Below, in pieces: positions 61,955 to 64,000 of a DNA stretch of 64,000 nt (positions within the stretch are counted from its first letter, which is position 1; each line of letters starts with the position of its first letter). Below the pieces are notes generated by a model. It saw only the letters and a program-made list of their open reading frames with translations. It had not been told where the DNA came from and made no database searches. Location of the stretch: contig JAYZAY010000078.1 in the NCBI GenBank assembly GCA_036339465.1, positions 18,218 through 82,217 on the forward strand, read 5' to 3'. A program made the position numbers and the translations under genes. This DNA comes from Myxococcota bacterium. GTDB lineage: Bacteria > Myxococcota > XYA12-FULL-58-9 > JABJBS01.

Positions 61955-63408
61955 CTAAATATCTACTGATCTCGATTCATCAGAAGATATCATTGAGTCA
62001 TTCAAAGCATTCAGAGCAGCATCAAGAGACCGCATTGTATTTTTATGACGCTCCCGTTAACCACTAAATTCGCTTCCAGGCCGGTCAGCGCTTTTAACAC
62101 CCTCACCAAGGTTGAGGATCAAGTTACCACATTTGCTTTCTAAAGCAAAAATATCGGCATTTAGGCGAATACCCAAGCGTAAATCCATATATATACCTAA
62201 TTTAATTCGCCGATCGTACCCTGAAGTTCCGTTACATGTCGCTCAAGTCCCTCGGCCTCCCTGTGCTCTCTCTGGCTGAGGCAATTGTTTTTTTGAGCTC
62301 AAACTCCAATTTCGCTACTCTACTCCTCAATTCAGTTAATTCACGAGCTTTGGAACTATCTCGCAACAAACGCTCACTAAACTCCAGTTCTCGTTTTTCA
62401 AGGCTTTCATCGAATCCTGCCCCCCCTTCTTTCTCAACAACATCCGGCGTCACATCTACAGGTACTACCGAAGAGACCAGTAAGCCTGAAGATACTGCCT
62501 TGTCCACCGCCACTTCCGGCTCTCCACCCTCCAAGTACTCCACCGCTGCGACCGCCACATCAAAATCAGAACCCTCTGGAACTGGGATCAACTCTGGTTC
62601 CGAATCTGAAGGTAACTCAACTTGACTCGGGCTTACCGCCCAATGCAATGACCTCTTCTGTGGCATCATCAGGAGAATCTACCTCAAATGATACATCGTC
62701 TTCTTCATCGATGCCCCGCTCCAAAGCACCCAAATTCTCAACATCATCAATTCTCAGTTCCTCAACGTCAAACACAAGGAGTTCTTCATCACCCAATAAT
62801 TCCGCTGGAGTTTCTGGAGCCGAAGCATCAACATCTGTAATTCCAAATTCGAGCTTCGCTGGAACCACTTCTGCTTGACTATCTGCCCTTGAATCTACCA
62901 GAACATCATCGATATCAACCTCCACACCTTCAAGCTCAATATCCTCGACCTCGATATCCGTTATCCAGTTCCCTGGCTCCTCATCCACAAAATCCAGATC
63001 TACTGTGATATCGTCGGTTGTAGCGATTAAGTCATCCAGCTCCGTTAACAAGCTACGAACCTGCGCAACACAGTCCTCGGACGAAATATGCCCCCTAAGA
63101 TACCCATCTGCATGAGTTCGGTGGCTCCGATGTTCTATAAACTCCTCTTCCGGCACCTCTTGAGAGAGTAAGACAAGGGGTATCCCTTTTCGTTCCTTAT
63201 CCTTCTTAAACTGATTACAAATCGCGTAACCACCCATTTTGGGTAACTCAACCCAGAGAAAAATCAAATCGGGCGGTGAGGTTTTTGCTTGCCGGTAAGC
63301 CTCTGTACCATCTTCAAAAACAACTATCTCCATTCCTAATAGCGCTAGACTTTGCCCAATCTCTTTCCTCAAACGACTTTCTTGGCCAACGATAAAAATT
63401 TCAACCAT
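61955..63408 (-). pseudogene. receiver plus acidic linker plus coiled-coil protein, multiply frameshifted
   Basis: Atypical receiver (LWVELPKMGGY) at 62617-63408 continues in the 62232-62669 frame. Further coiled-coil fragments (HREAEGLERHVTELQG; MRSLDAALNAL) lie downstream in other frames. Confidence 0.6.
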
Positions 63409-63529
63409 TTGTTGCAGTATATGGGCACTTCAAAATAAGGAGCAACCCCGCTCTTAAATTGAATACAATCTTAATTTCCTTGATCCCAAGACAGTTTCAA
63501 GCGATGCTTATGAAGGAACGGCTTTACTG

Positions 63530-64000
63530 ATGCTCGAGATCTTCCGATACTACCCAGGAGTGGCTCTCGTTGTAACCGAGAAAGGTTCGGCTTTGCTCGG
63601 AGCGCCCACCGACGCCTACAAGGCGACCAAATCTTATTGTAACCTGCATCGACTCCCATTTCCAAAAGTTCTCGTCGCCCCGCAAACGATGCTCATTCGA
63701 GCAAACCCCCAATTTAACCCGGAGTTTTTCCTCTACGATTTTTTATTTGTATTCGGAGCTGCCTACAAAGAAGAACTCAAAGGACAAACCTTATCCCTCG
63801 TTGTAGATGCCGACCAAGCCCAGACGATCCTGGAAGCGCTTAGGCTCACTCTCATCGGACCAAACCAAGTTGAATTGGCCTCCTATTGCGATGCTCAAGG
63901 GCACCAACTCATGGAGGATTCGACAATCGATTTTTTGACCGCTGTTTCTGACTATATGGCAATCAAGAAAGACGGCAAAAAGCTAAGTATTCTCGAAATG
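63530..64000 (+). CDS. 3'-truncated hypothetical protein (not in the ORF track)
   Basis: ATG at 63530 after AAGGAA, open to the window end: MLEIFRYYPGVALVVTEKGSALLGAPTDAYK...PEFFLYDFLFV. Confidence 0.7.
   Translation, partial: MLEIFRYYPGVALVVTEKGSALLGAPTDAYKATKSYCNLHRLPFPKVLVAPQTMLIRANPQFNPEFFLYDFLFVFGAAYKEELKGQTLSLVVDADQAQTILEALRLTLIGPNQVELASYCDAQGHQLMEDSTIDFLTAVSDYMAIKKDGKKLSILEM

Overview
A 64-kb, gene-dense bacterial chromosome segment. It most likely comes from a relatively low-GC (mid-40s % by eye) Myxococcota/deltaproteobacterial lineage, inferred from MYXO-CTERM-like C-termini, an AgmX/PglI-type protein, a CdnL/CarD protein and an acidic receiver-coiled-coil protein. Most genes are housekeeping: trhO, recQ, rnd, gshA, folE, bioBFDA, pepP, fxsA, uvrD/rep, deoxynucleoside kinase, dCMP deaminase, MoxR-VWA and TetR/acyl-CoA dehydrogenase. 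I found no rRNA, tRNA, CRISPR array, intact transposase or prophage. The most notable features are: (1) surface proteins with eukaryote-type modules (LDL-receptor class A, a tectonic-like Cys motif, receptor L-domain, and a BPI/LBP-like lipoprotein split at a C8 tract); (2) a pterin operon with a FolB-cupin fusion and two SDRs; (3) a SpoIVB/S55 peptidase-propeller-LPP20 cluster; (4) an MshEN-like-CheX fusion and a membrane-anchored ribbon-helix-helix protein; (5) several heavily decayed pseudogenes in apparent intergenic DNA (cupin, FabG-like SDR, Cys/Met lyase with a ~470-bp insert, esterase, response regulator). All calls come from motif recognition by eye; no database searches were run.
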